From NCBI GenBank assembly GCA_951813565.1, contig OX638351.1:2688001-2752000 (forward strand): DNA of 64,000 nucleotides. The letters run 5' to 3'. This stretch comes from an uncultured Poribacteria bacterium (GTDB taxonomy: Bacteria; Poribacteria; WGA-4E; WGA-3G). The notes below the pieces were generated by a model. The model was not told the origin of the DNA. It did no database searches and worked only from the letters and a program-made list of their open reading frames with translations. The stretch's first letter is position 1. Every line of letters starts with the position of its first letter. A program made the position numbers and the translations under genes. Of the stretch, positions 49,385-59,264 are shown piece after piece.

Positions 49385-50470
49385 TCAAAATGTGGTTCGC
49401 AAGGTTTGTGCTTGCCCTGTTTCAGCGGAGCGGTATCCCGCATCAAAAATTTCTATCACATGCCGTGCATGCTCCGCAGTAACGATGGTAGGTTTGTCCT
49501 CACGTATCCAGTCAACAAGCTGCATAATATCTTCAAAAACGTGCGCTTCCTGTATGCTGCGATGTGCCCCCACGACGTGTGGTAATTCCCTTTTCGGTGC
49601 ATCAATCGGTTTGCCGTTAATGGTGCTGCCCTCAATTACACCTGCTGTACCGTTAATCGCTAATCCGCCTTTGATTGCGTGTCCAGCTGCTGCGCCATAG
49701 ATAAAGCCAAAGAAGGCATCACCGAAGTCAAGCAGAATAAAGGTGTTATCATCCATGTCGCACGGAAGCATCTCGCCTCGGAATTCGCGTTCTTTGACAC
49801 GCACACCAGAGAAAGCAGTCACTCGTTTCACAGGACCGAGAATGCCGGTCATTGTATGCAATCCGTAAACGGTCATGTCGTAGAGGGGACCTCCGCCCGG
49901 TTTGCGAAAGTACCACGCAGGGTTGATATTGGATAGGACATCGTCACCGTGCCGAACAGATTCACCTTCGTGGTATCTGCCAAAAGAGGATCCAGTGGCA
50001 GCCCATGTCAGTGTTCCGATTGCGCCATCGTTAATCAGTCTGCGAATCTCTTGGTGTATCGGACGCAGCATCTGTCCGGGAGAAGCGACTAATTTGACTC
50101 CCTTGCGCTTTGCCGATTCAATCAGGTCATCAGCCTCATCAACGGTAGTTGTCATCGTTTTGTTAAAATGCGCGTGGAGACCGTGTTCAATAGCGAGTTT
50201 TCCCTGCTCATAATGCAGACCTATGGGTGATGCGATGCTGACAGCATCAACGTGTTCGTCTGCTAAAAGTTCCTCAAAAGTTTCATAAGCATGCGGCACG
50301 TTGAATTTTTCGGATGCGGCTTGTGCTCTGCCGGGGACAGGGTCGCAGACAGCGGTCACCTGTAATCTATCTTGGACATCGTCTTGTGTGAGATGCGGCA
50401 GGATGCCGCGCACAGAGATACTACCGACACCGACGACTCCGATGCGCACCCTGTCATTAGTTGCCATCAT
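49385..50470 (-). CDS. Gfo/Idh/MocA oxidoreductase
   Basis: IGVVGVGSI, AVSIASP..LH, GGGPLYDM.VY. Confidence 0.9.
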   Translation of the reverse strand: MMATNDRVRIGVVGVGSISVRGILPHLTQDDVQDRLQVTAVCDPVPGRAQAASEKFNVPHAYETFEELLADEHVDAVSIASPIGLHYEQGKLAIEHGLHAHFNKTMTTTVDEADDLIESAKRKGVKLVASPGQMLRPIHQEIRRLINDGAIGTLTWAATGSSFGRYHEGESVRHGDDVLSNINPAWYFRKPGGGPLYDMTVYGLHTMTGILGPVKRVTAFSGVRVKEREFRGEMLPCDMDDNTFILLDFGDAFFGFIYGAAAGHAIKGGLAINGTAGVIEGSTINGKPIDAPKRELPHVVGAHRSIQEAHVFEDIMQLVDWIREDKPTIVTAEHARHVIEIFDAGYRSAETGQAQTLRTTF

Positions 50471-50560
50471 ATTTCCTCCAAAGAAAACAAATTTTAGTTC
50501 AGCATATAATTATCCATACATTTTGTTCGCGTAGCATTTTCAAATATATTACTTGAATGT

Positions 50561-50593
50561 AAGAGGCGCAATGAATTGCGCGACTACAAACGC
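50561..50593. repeat. REP (GTAGTCGCGCAATTCATTGCGC family), uninterrupted copy
   Basis: Matches the flanks of the interrupted copy at 49123-49224. Confidence 0.75.
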
Positions 50594-50636
50594 CGTAACT
50601 TCAATAATAGCGTCTACTTATTATGCTTTACTAATA

Positions 50637-51521
50637 TTATTCCCTCCACGATGTTTCGTGTTGCCACCCGACAGCGTTTTTGAGTTTGTCGCAATTGATA
50701 AATGATTGATGTCCTTTTAGCATTCGGACTTTTGGGAGAAATTCCGGCTTAAAACGTTCAACCAATTCAAGGGAAGTTTCTAAAGCAGAAGTGTCATCTG
50801 CGTTGAGAAAATATACATCATGTGGCGGAAGTGTATCTGCTTTTTCCATGATCAAACGGTGCGCACTTGCGACGTCTTCGCTTCCGACCCAACACCAGAG
50901 CCATGGAGTCCAACCTGTTGTCGGTTTTGCATTTTCTGCCATCTGCTTTCTGCGTTCTTCTGGTGTGATACCGGCAGGGCGGGTGATATAGGTTCGGATA
51001 CCGTAAGCACGGGTATAACTCGCTAATAGGTCTTCACCGCAACGTTTAGAGAAACTGTAGGAATCTTCTGGATAGCACGGATGTTCTTCGTCTAAAGGCA
51101 GATAGTCAATCGGCATGTGTGTTTTGCTGATGCGGAACCCGTGCCCTAATGCGCAATTACTGCCGGACATCACCACCGTTTGAACATCAGCTTCAATTGC
51201 GGCTTGCATCAGATAGTAAGTGCCGAGCATATTCGTTTTGAAAGTTGCGTCAAAGGGGATGCCTTTCTCTGCAGCACCGGCACGCATATCTGGATGATCG
51301 ACGGGACCAGGCTGCGCGCCGAGGTGTTGGATTGCGTCTACGCCATCAACAGCGCGTTGACAGTCTTCAAAATTGTTTAGATCGCCTTGGACAAATGGCA
51401 GCTTAGAAAATTCATCGGGCGGTCGTCTGCGGGACATTAGGACAAGTGTATGGCGTTCTGCTAATTCTCGAATGACATACGTACCGAGTCTACCGCTTGC
51501 ACCAGTTATCAATACTTTCAT
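50637..51521 (-). CDS. NAD-dependent epimerase/dehydratase
   Basis: TGASGRLG, YSFSK. Confidence 0.9.
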   Translation of the reverse strand: MKVLITGASGRLGTYVIRELAERHTLVLMSRRRPPDEFSKLPFVQGDLNNFEDCQRAVDGVDAIQHLGAQPGPVDHPDMRAGAAEKGIPFDATFKTNMLGTYYLMQAAIEADVQTVVMSGSNCALGHGFRISKTHMPIDYLPLDEEHPCYPEDSYSFSKRCGEDLLASYTRAYGIRTYITRPAGITPEERRKQMAENAKPTTGWTPWLWCWVGSEDVASAHRLIMEKADTLPPHDVYFLNADDTSALETSLELVERFKPEFLPKVRMLKGHQSFINCDKLKNAVGWQHETSWRE

Positions 51522-51651
51522 GAAAATCCTTTCACATCAATTCAACGATGGTTAAATGGAAGAATTCAGTTGACAGGTGTTAGTGTGTTGTCTATTATTG
51601 TTATGGTATTATAGCACTACTAAAGATTTTGTCAAGTGAACCGTATCTGTA

Positions 51652-51766
51652 GGGTGTGTAAAGTTTTTGTAGAAATCCGCACAACTCCTATTGTAGGGGC
51701 GGGACCCCGCCCTACAGTGGAAAACGCCGCGTAATCATCGCAATGTAACCAAATATTTACACACCC
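51652..51766. mobile_element. GGGTGTGTAAA-family MITE
   Basis: Family TIRs; 9-bp TSD GTATCTGTA at 51643-51651 and 51767-51775. Confidence 0.9.
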
Positions 51767-51789
51767 GTATCTGTAGAGGAGAAGTCTTA

Positions 51790-52824
51790 ATGTATAACGC
51801 AGAAAAACATTTTGGAAACTTATACGCTATTGTGCCGCGGAAATATGAATTTCAGGAAACGACACGAGAAGGATTGGTAGCATGGCAAGCCAATTTTCGT
51901 CCGGAATTGCGGGAAGTACTCGGTTTAGACAACATGGAATCTGACCTTGCTGGTTATGTCCCGAAAGCGGAACAACTGGAAGTTTTGGATATGGACAACC
52001 ATATTCGCGAGAGTTGGTATTTGTGGGTAGAACCGACAGTGCCGCTGCCGTTCTATCTGATCCGCCCGAAAACAATTGAAGGGAAAGTCCCACTAATCCT
52101 TGCACCGCATGGTCATAACCATCCGCATATTTACGCTGGTATTGCTCATTCTGAAAAAGAGGAGAAGGAGATGGTGGAAGGTGAACGTGACATTGCTCGG
52201 CAAGCAGCAGTGGAGGAAGGATATATTGCTATTGCACCAACAACACGCGCGTTTGGTGAAACACGCACCGAAGCGGATAAGCAGAACAATAGCACACATT
52301 CATGCCGACATCAGTTAGTTCATAGCATACTTGTTGGCAGAACCCCGATCGGTGAACGGGTGTGGGATATGTCGCGTCTCATTGATTGGGCAATAGCTAA
52401 TCTTCCGGTAGATGCTGAACGGATAGCGATTACTGGCAATTCTGGTGGTGGCACGGTGTCACTTTTCGCGGCGGCGTGTGAAACGCGCATTGCTGTGGCT
52501 GTGCCGAGCTGCTACTATTGCACGTTTGAAGGAAGCATCGGCACTATTCGACACTGTGAGTGCAACTATGTCCCTGGTGTGATGCGGTTAGGTGAGATGT
52601 ATGATGTTGCTGGGTTAATCGCGCCGCGTCCGTTTTGTGCAATTGCTGGACGGGATGATGGTATCTTTCCAATAGATCATGTAAAGTTCGCGTATGAACG
52701 ATTGAAGGAAATTTATACAGTCGCTGGTGTTGCGGATAGGTGTGAATTATTTATCGGTGATGGCGGACATCGCTATTACAAAGCAGGGGCTTGGCCGTTT
52801 GTGCGGCGATTTTTTGCGGAATAA
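51790..52824 (+). CDS. Alpha/beta hydrolase
   Basis: PHGH, GNSGGG, IAPRP, D..FP, GGH. Confidence 0.88.
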   Translation: MYNAEKHFGNLYAIVPRKYEFQETTREGLVAWQANFRPELREVLGLDNMESDLAGYVPKAEQLEVLDMDNHIRESWYLWVEPTVPLPFYLIRPKTIEGKVPLILAPHGHNHPHIYAGIAHSEKEEKEMVEGERDIARQAAVEEGYIAIAPTTRAFGETRTEADKQNNSTHSCRHQLVHSILVGRTPIGERVWDMSRLIDWAIANLPVDAERIAITGNSGGGTVSLFAAACETRIAVAVPSCYYCTFEGSIGTIRHCECNYVPGVMRLGEMYDVAGLIAPRPFCAIAGRDDGIFPIDHVKFAYERLKEIYTVAGVADRCELFIGDGGHRYYKAGAWPFVRRFFAE

Positions 52825-52825
52825 A

Positions 52826-54223
52826 CTAACGAGAGCCTTTTTTTATTGCCCACAACGTTTTCAAGATAATCTTTATATCCAGAGTAAGCGACCAGTTTTC
52901 AATATAGTAACGGTCATAGTTAACCCGATCTTCAAGAGAAGTATTGCCTCGTAAACCGTTGACCTGTGCCCAGCCAGTCATACCGGATTTGACGCGCTGT
53001 CGTGCCAGGTAATGTGGGACTGATTCTTGGAATGTCCCAATTAGTCCCGACATCTCTGGGCGCGGTCCCACGAGACTCATATCACCTTTAAGAACATTGA
53101 TAAATTGGGGTAATTCATCCAGACTCCAGCGTCTCAGAAACTTTCCGAGTGCAGTTTGCCGCGGATCGTCTGTTTTTGCCCACGTATGCCCAACGTTTTC
53201 TTCAGCATCAGCATGCATAGAGCGGAATTTATAGATTTTGAACCGCTTCCCTGCCCTACCGACGCGTTCTTGTCGGAAAATTGCTTTGCCGGGTGATGTT
53301 AGTCGAATAGTTGCCGCTATTATCAACATAAGAGGGCTTAATACTATCAATGCCAAAGAACTAAAAACGATGTCTACCAAACGCTTAACGATACCGCTTA
53401 CCCCTTGCATCGGTGTCTCGCGTAGTTGCAACATTGGTATACCGTCGAAAAACGTAACTGCTGTTCCACCACTGATAAATTCAGACAGCTCTGGTAGCAC
53501 ATTGATTTGAATGGGAACACCTTCACAAGCGTGCAGAATCTGTAGGATAGTGTCATTCGTTACCGTTGGAGATGCGATAAAAAGCATGTCAAGACGATGC
53601 ACTTGCACGAGTTCAAGAATGTCTTTACTATTGCCGAGATGTGGCATACGGTTTATCTCCGCATTTGCATCAATTATGCCTATTAATTTGTATCCACTAT
53701 TTGGTTTTTCATCTAAGGCATTGATGATTTTTTCGCCACGTTCGTCATAGCCTACGAGTGCTACACGACTCACGCCAACCCCTTGCGCTTGAACTGCTTG
53801 ACGGAAACGGTATAGGACAAGTCGTCCGAGGAACAACCAAACGAGGCTAAATCCTGTGGCAAGAAGCATTACCCACCGTGAATATGCATCGTGGTGAAAA
53901 ATAAAAAAGAGCACTGCTAACGTAGCAATAAGTGCGATAATTGAGGCTTTACAAAGCACCCAAAACGCTGAAAGCGTAGCATTACTTTCTGGACGGTAGA
54001 GTTTGAAACCTTTTAACGTCAATAACCAGATAATTGCTGTTACAGGAATTATCCGTAAGTAGTCGTCAAAGGGAGGTGTGCCTCCTTTGTGTAGTGCTAA
54101 CGCGTCAAGCCAACCTGATTCAAATCGCAGCCAATATGCTATGACAATTGCGGTGGCAATGAAACAGAGATCGCATAAAACTGTAAGTGCTATTAGCAGA
54201 TGATCAAGCGTTTTTTTGCTCAT
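52826..54223 (-). CDS. Undecaprenyl-phosphate glucose phosphotransferase (WcaJ-like)
   Basis: KRLVDI, KFRSM, SLDELPQ, MSLVGPRPE, GMTGWAQV. Confidence 0.92.
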   Translation of the reverse strand: MSKKTLDHLLIALTVLCDLCFIATAIVIAYWLRFESGWLDALALHKGGTPPFDDYLRIIPVTAIIWLLTLKGFKLYRPESNATLSAFWVLCKASIIALIATLAVLFFIFHHDAYSRWVMLLATGFSLVWLFLGRLVLYRFRQAVQAQGVGVSRVALVGYDERGEKIINALDEKPNSGYKLIGIIDANAEINRMPHLGNSKDILELVQVHRLDMLFIASPTVTNDTILQILHACEGVPIQINVLPELSEFISGGTAVTFFDGIPMLQLRETPMQGVSGIVKRLVDIVFSSLALIVLSPLMLIIAATIRLTSPGKAIFRQERVGRAGKRFKIYKFRSMHADAEENVGHTWAKTDDPRQTALGKFLRRWSLDELPQFINVLKGDMSLVGPRPEMSGLIGTFQESVPHYLARQRVKSGMTGWAQVNGLRGNTSLEDRVNYDRYYIENWSLTLDIKIILKTLWAIKKGSR

Positions 54224-54339
54224 GAGTGGCGTTTGCAGGCTTCCGTTGTTTGCTGTGCTAAACTTGCCTCTTATATGTCGTGGAATGCTTCATTATTATA
54301 CCGTGTTCTATTTTAGAAATCAACTTAAGACTTTGATCT

Positions 54340-54739
54340 GGGTGTGTAAATATTTGGTTACATAGGTTCAATTTGCAATAGACATTCTAATGATTTAATC
54401 TGCGTTGTGTTGTCAGAATCGCGGATTATCGCAGATTTATCGGATGACGCGGATTTTAAGAACTTTGTATCCGCACATTCAACGGACGCATGCACGCCTT
54501 CTGTTATTGACCGGACATTATGAAAACGACTTGTTGTTACCAGTATCCAATAATCCGTGCCATCTGCGTCATCCGATAAATCCGCGATTCAGAAAGTTGC
54601 GCGCGATGCCTCATCTGCCCAACGGACAAACATAAGATTTTTCCGCAGACCAATAACTCACAATTAAAACGTTATAATGTCTAATGATTACGCGGCGTTT
54701 CCACTGTAGGGCGGATTTCTACAAAAACTTTACACACCC
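54340..54739. mobile_element. GGGTGTGTAAA-family MITE (inverted) with nested insertion
   Basis: 9-bp TSD CTTTGATCT at 54331-54339 and 54740-54748; without the insert it is the reverse complement of 16634..16728. Confidence 0.9.
54380..54682. mobile_element. Nested MITE with AGACATT TIRs
   Basis: AGACATTCTAATGATTTAAT versus AGACATTATAACGTTTTAAT (17/20); 3-bp TSD AAT. Confidence 0.85.
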
Positions 54740-54981
54740 CTTTGATCTGGCAGAGACATTCAGTTTGATTTTCTGAGTGAAGTTTGGAAAAAATCAGGGT
54801 TACATACATAAAAATCGGGCGGACAAAGCCCTCCTACAAGAGAGGGAAAGGGTTGCTCCTACAAGGAGAGATATGATCGGAAGATTTTACCTATAAAGAA
54901 TTCGTGATTGGGTAGGAAACATTACTGATAAATTAATCACGATGTGCTATGCTATTTCTATATTTAAAAGGAGGGACAAAC

Positions 54982-56069
54982 ATGGCGAATAAAATAAAGG
55001 TGGGGATTGTTGGGGCGCATCGGGGAAGTTCTTATTTTCAACCGTTTAGCACGATAGCGGAAACCGATGTCACAGCGGTATGTGACATCAATGAGGCTAC
55101 ACTTCAAAACGTTGCAGAACGGTTTAATGTTCCACATCAATTTACAGATTATTCAGAAATGTTAGATGCGGTTGACCTTGTAGTACTTGCTACACCTGAG
55201 AACCTTCACGTTCCGCAGTCGATAGAAGCGTTGGAAGCAGGAAAACACGTCATCAGTGAGGTAACCGCTGCTGTCAAGTTAGAGGAATGTTATGACCTTG
55301 TTCGTGCGGTTCGGAAGTCGTCTGCTAAGTGGACAATGGCTGAAAACACCTGCTATTCTAAGCATAATGTGTTAATCCGCAATATGGTAGAGACAGGCAT
55401 GTTTGGTGATGTGTATTTCGGGGAAGGAGAGTATGTCCATAACATCAAATCACTTCATCACGATGCGGATGGCAACCCGACGTGGCGTTACTACTGGCAG
55501 GTAGGCATTAATCGATGCAATTATGCGACACACAGCCTCGGTCCAGTTCTGCAGTGGTTTGGTGAACGCGTCGTGAGTGTTTGTTGTCTCGGCACAGGGG
55601 TTAATACTGATCCTGAGCATGCGATGGAGGATACAGTGATGATGCTTTGTAAAACGGAAAGCGGTGGGTTAATCAAGATTCGGATTGATATGCTCTCGAA
55701 TCGTCCTGCAAATTCTTATTTTAGTCTGCAAGGGACGAAAGGGTGTTATGAGAGTTCACGTGGGTTGGGTGCTGCACCAAAGATTTGGTTGAGTGAGTTT
55801 GGCATAAGTGAGCAATGGCGACCGTTCTCTCAATTTGATGACTTGCTGCCTGAACGGTGGAAAAATCCGCCTGCTGAGGCGCAGAATGTTGGGGACCTTG
55901 GGGAATATTTTAAGGTGCGCGATTTGTTGATAGCATTCTCAACGATACACCGCCACCGATTGATGTTTATACATCTATGGATTTTACGGTGCCGGGGTTG
56001 GTTTCGGAACAATCTATTGCAAACGGCGGCGCACCGGTGGAAGTTCCAGATTTTCGGGAGGTTGATTAA
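54982..56069 (+). pseudogene. Gfo/Idh/MocA oxidoreductase, frameshifted near 55924
   Basis: Family C-terminus (FVDSILNDTPPPIDVY..TVPGLVS..EVPDFR*) lies in another frame; could be a sequencing error. Confidence 0.8.
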
Positions 56070-56257
56070 TCGGAAACAACCTTTGCCTCTTCTTCTACAG
56101 GCTTAAAGACAAGTCCGCAGCTGCTACATCGGTATCCACTTTCCGGTTTTGACTCTACAACAGGGAATAGCATACCACAACAAGTTGGACAAGGTTCATC
56201 AATTTCCATTTCTGCCTGCTCCATTTCGCCAGAACGGTTTTCAAATTCTACAAGCAT
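56066..56257 (-). CDS. Small Zn-ribbon protein
   Basis: CPTC and CSSC; co-oriented 3 nt after the rhodanese gene. Confidence 0.7.
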   Translation of the reverse strand: MLVEFENRSGEMEQAEMEIDEPCPTCCGMLFPVVESKPESGYRCSSCGLVFKPVEEEAKVVSD

Positions 56258-56260
56258 ATT

Positions 56261-56596
56261 TTAATATCTCCTTAGCGTTGGGTCAATTTCGACTGCCCAC
56301 TGGTCAATCCCACCAACAAGGTTTTTAGATTCGGTAAACCCATTTTGATGTAGATAGGCAGTAGCATAAAGACTACGTTGTCCATGATGGCAATAGACAA
56401 CAATTTCTTGGTCTGATGGGAGGTTGTCTATGTGATGCGGTAATGTGTTGAGTGGGACTAACAGCGCACCTTCAATATGCACGATGTCGTATTCATTTTG
56501 TTCACGGACGTCCAGTAACAACACAGACTCATTTTCGTCTAATTTCTGTTTTAGTTCTTGCGGTGAAATTTCGGGGAGTGAGGGTTTTGTCTGCAT
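56261..56596 (-). CDS. Rhodanese-like sulfurtransferase
   Basis: LLDVRE..E, VYCHHGQRS, GGIDQW. Confidence 0.9.
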   Translation of the reverse strand: MQTKPSLPEISPQELKQKLDENESVLLLDVREQNEYDIVHIEGALLVPLNTLPHHIDNLPSDQEIVVYCHHGQRSLYATAYLHQNGFTESKNLVGGIDQWAVEIDPTLRRY

Positions 56597-56991
56597 TATT
56601 CAGTTTCTTCCTCGTTTTGAATAGGTGGCAACGGTGCACATTCTGGACACGGACATGTCTCGCGCAGGATTTCAAATGGATAGATACCGGTATTATGTCC
56701 ATCGTCCCAACTGAATTGGAGCGCGTAACGACCAACTAACTGAATATCAAGCGGTTGAATATCGTCTGAAACTTCAATTAGCGTTATATCTCCATCGCCT
56801 TGTGGTGAAAAAAGAGAATGGACATCCTTACCTTCGTGCCGAATGATAGCACATTCAGCACACGGACACATCTGTCTGAGATAACGATACGGATACCAGC
56901 TGGCGTGTCCATCTTTCCATTCAATTTGGAAGGCATCATCATGTTTTTTGAGGGTTTTCGGACTTTTTTCAACTATTGTCATGTTCCTCAT
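56596..56991 (-). CDS. DUF971 (GBBH-like N-terminal) protein
   Basis: WKDGH, LRQMCPCAEC, VGRYAL, WDDGHNTGIY. Confidence 0.88.
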   Translation of the reverse strand: MRNMTIVEKSPKTLKKHDDAFQIEWKDGHASWYPYRYLRQMCPCAECAIIRHEGKDVHSLFSPQGDGDITLIEVSDDIQPLDIQLVGRYALQFSWDDGHNTGIYPFEILRETCPCPECAPLPPIQNEEETE

Positions 56992-57021
56992 CGTTCACAC
57001 AAATTGAGAGGTTCTGAAATA

Positions 57022-57137
57022 TTATAGTAAAATCCAATAATATGTTCACATTTCAATGAACAGCAATTCCCACACACATGCGCTGGCGAGGTTTCCTAAC
57101 CTCGCCAATGTAAAGGTAATTGTGAATTTTACTATAA
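57022..57137. mobile_element. TA-ended MITE-like element carrying a REP
   Basis: TTATAGTAAAAT..ATTTTACTATAA ends; internal TGGCGAGGTTTCCTAACCTCGCCA palindrome. Confidence 0.7.
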
Positions 57138-57166
57138 GTGTAAAACATAAACCTTGATGTGAATAC

Positions 57167-57535
57167 TTAGGAAAAACCTATAATATTTTCAGAAGCACTC
57201 CGAATTCTTTCTAAAACAGCATCTACTGTTTCTGTTGGCAAGGAACAGATATACTCCGCTCTTCTCGCTCGCCAATCCATAGTCCGAATTTGATCTGCAA
57301 GGATAACCCCATCAACTTCTAACCCTTCAGGAATCGTAATTGCAAACGGATTCCATTGTTCTCTTGCACTGCTCCGCGTAATCGGACAAAGAACGACTAA
57401 ACTGGTTTTATCGTTAAAATCTTTGGTAGTTAAAACAACAGCAGGTCGACGACCAGCCTGTTCATGTTCAGTTTGAGGATTGAAGCCAATCCATATCGCA
57501 TCTCCGCGTAATGGAACGTTTGTTAACCCTACCAT
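57167..57535 (-). CDS. mazF: MazF/PemK family toxin
   Basis: RGD.IW..FNP...HEQAGRRPAVVL, CPIT, DQIRTMDWRAR. Confidence 0.92.
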   Translation of the reverse strand: MVGLTNVPLRGDAIWIGFNPQTEHEQAGRRPAVVLTTKDFNDKTSLVVLCPITRSSAREQWNPFAITIPEGLEVDGVILADQIRTMDWRARRAEYICSLPTETVDAVLERIRSASENIIGFS

Positions 57536-57915
57536 ACTTCATTGCCCACAGGCGGGCCAGTGTCTATTTCATCATGTGAACTATTTTCTTTTACCTGATC
57601 TAATAGGTCTTTCAGTGTATAGTCGGGGCGTTTTATAGAATCGCTCCCTTTTTCTGCCCGCGGGGGACCGAATGGGACATCTTTTGCCTTCTTGCTGTTT
57701 GAGCCATCCTCTGGCATTTGTGCCAACAGATCTTCTAACGTACAGTCGGGGCGTTTTATAGAATCGCTCCCTTTTTCACGACGAGGTGGTCCAAACTCAC
57801 TTACTTCTTTCTCTGTTGGAGGCCGGTCTGTCTGTTCTCGGTTAACGGACTGCAAATAACAGAGATACGCTATTATGATCACGCATTCAGTGGAAGTAAA
57901 CATATTTTCTGACAT
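57529..57915 (-). CDS. MazE-like antitoxin with duplicated C-terminal segment
   Basis: Ends YTLKDLL..HDEIDTGPPVGNEVW and overlaps the toxin start; 41-aa internal duplication. Confidence 0.75.
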   Translation of the reverse strand: MSENMFTSTECVIIIAYLCYLQSVNREQTDRPPTEKEVSEFGPPRREKGSDSIKRPDCTLEDLLAQMPEDGSNSKKAKDVPFGPPRAEKGSDSIKRPDYTLKDLLDQVKENSSHDEIDTGPPVGNEVW

Positions 57916-57973
57916 GATCCTACTCCTTATGCGTGTATACTTGAAATGACAGGATTTATTAGTAGGAAATGTG

Positions 57974-58183
57974 CTATACGACTACCCCAATCCGGATATT
58001 TTCTGGCAATGAGCGTCCTAACTCTTGATAGAGTTCCATGACTGCTTTAAAAGCATCTTTGACGTTTTCTAATGATTCGTCTAACGAATCGCCCTCGGTA
58101 ACCAATTCAGGCAACAGCGGAGAAGTCACTGTATAGCCGCCTTCAGGTTGTGGTGTCAGAACAAGGGGTATTTTGTATTCCAT
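57974..58183 (-). CDS. HicB-like antitoxin
   Basis: EGGYTVTSPLLPELVTEGDSLDE..NVKDA. Confidence 0.85.
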   Translation of the reverse strand: MEYKIPLVLTPQPEGGYTVTSPLLPELVTEGDSLDESLENVKDAFKAVMELYQELGRSLPENIRIGVVV

Positions 58184-58201
58184 CAGGACCTCATAAACGT
58201 G

Positions 58202-58501
58202 TTAAAAGATGCCGAGTTCGTCCTTCGCTTCTTCGCTCATCAATTCGGGGGTCCAACGCGGTGTCCAGACGACATTCACGTTGACCTCTTCAACACCATC
58301 CATCTGTTGTGTAACGTGTTGTGTGCCGTTGACAATCTGTCCACCAGCTGGACATCCAGGACTTGTTAGAGTCATCGTTATATCCACAGTTGTGTCGTCA
58401 ATGTCAACGTCGTAGATAAGTCCCATATCAACGATGTTGATACCGATTTCGGGGTCAATTATTTCTTTGATAGATTCTAAAACAGATTCTTCTGATACCA
58501 T
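58202..58501 (-). CDS. sufT: DUF59 Fe-S cluster assembly factor (SufT/PaaD-like)
   Basis: DPEIGINIVDMGLIY, MTLTSPGCP, PRW. Confidence 0.88.
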   Translation of the reverse strand: MVSEESVLESIKEIIDPEIGINIVDMGLIYDVDIDDTTVDITMTLTSPGCPAGGQIVNGTQHVTQQMDGVEEVNVNVVWTPRWTPELMSEEAKDELGIF

Positions 58502-58551
58502 CTTTTTTCCTCCTATAGTGACTATGGTAATCCACTCTGATGAGGTAGTGG

Positions 58552-58863
58552 TTAATCAATGCTAACCAATATCTCATCGTCCTCAATTTTGACAGGAAAA
58601 CATTCAATGTCTTCAACAGCGGGCATGCAGAGTGCTTTTCCGGTTTTGACACAAAATCGTGCGCCGTGCCGTGGACATTCTATCGCATCCCCATCCAAAA
58701 AGCCTTCACCTAAAGGACCTCCATCATGTGTGCAAACATCTTCCATCGCGTAAAATTCGCCTTCCACGTTAAAGAGTAGCACAGGGACGAAATCTACTTC
58801 AACCAATTTTTTTGTGCCGGGTGGCACTTCACTTACTTTCGCTGTTTTGTAAAATTCTGCCAT
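58552..58863 (-). CDS. Rieske-type ferredoxin
   Basis: CTH and CPRH. Confidence 0.92.
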   Translation of the reverse strand: MAEFYKTAKVSEVPPGTKKLVEVDFVPVLLFNVEGEFYAMEDVCTHDGGPLGEGFLDGDAIECPRHGARFCVKTGKALCMPAVEDIECFPVKIEDDEILVSID

Positions 58864-58874
58864 TTGTTCCTTTC

Positions 58875-59264
58875 TTATTCATTTTCCTCGCCGGGCCAGC
58901 CTTTGATGCCGTAAGCACCCGCTTTTAAAACTTTGAGCGCCAATAAAGCGCATTTTACGCGGACGGGTCCTAACGGGATGCCGATCATATCCATAATGTC
59001 ATCTCTGGAAAGTTTTTTGACTTCCTCAAGGGATTTTCCTACAATCTCTTCAGTTAGCATAGAAGCGGTGGCTAAACTAATGGTACAGCCGTGTCCAGAA
59101 AAACGCACCTCTTTGATAGCGTCATCCTCAACAATCAGGTCAATCCGAATTTTGTCTCCACAGAGCGGATTATCCTCTTCGTGTGAGATATCTGGGTTTG
59201 GGAGTGTCCCATAGTTGCTGGGATTTTCGTAATGGTCCAATAGTTCTTCCTGATATATGTTCAT
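58875..59264 (-). CDS. sufU: SUF system NifU-family scaffold
   Basis: NPLCGD, GCTIS, RVKCA. Confidence 0.92.
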   Translation of the reverse strand: MNIYQEELLDHYENPSNYGTLPNPDISHEEDNPLCGDKIRIDLIVEDDAIKEVRFSGHGCTISLATASMLTEEIVGKSLEEVKKLSRDDIMDMIGIPLGPVRVKCALLALKVLKAGAYGIKGWPGEENE

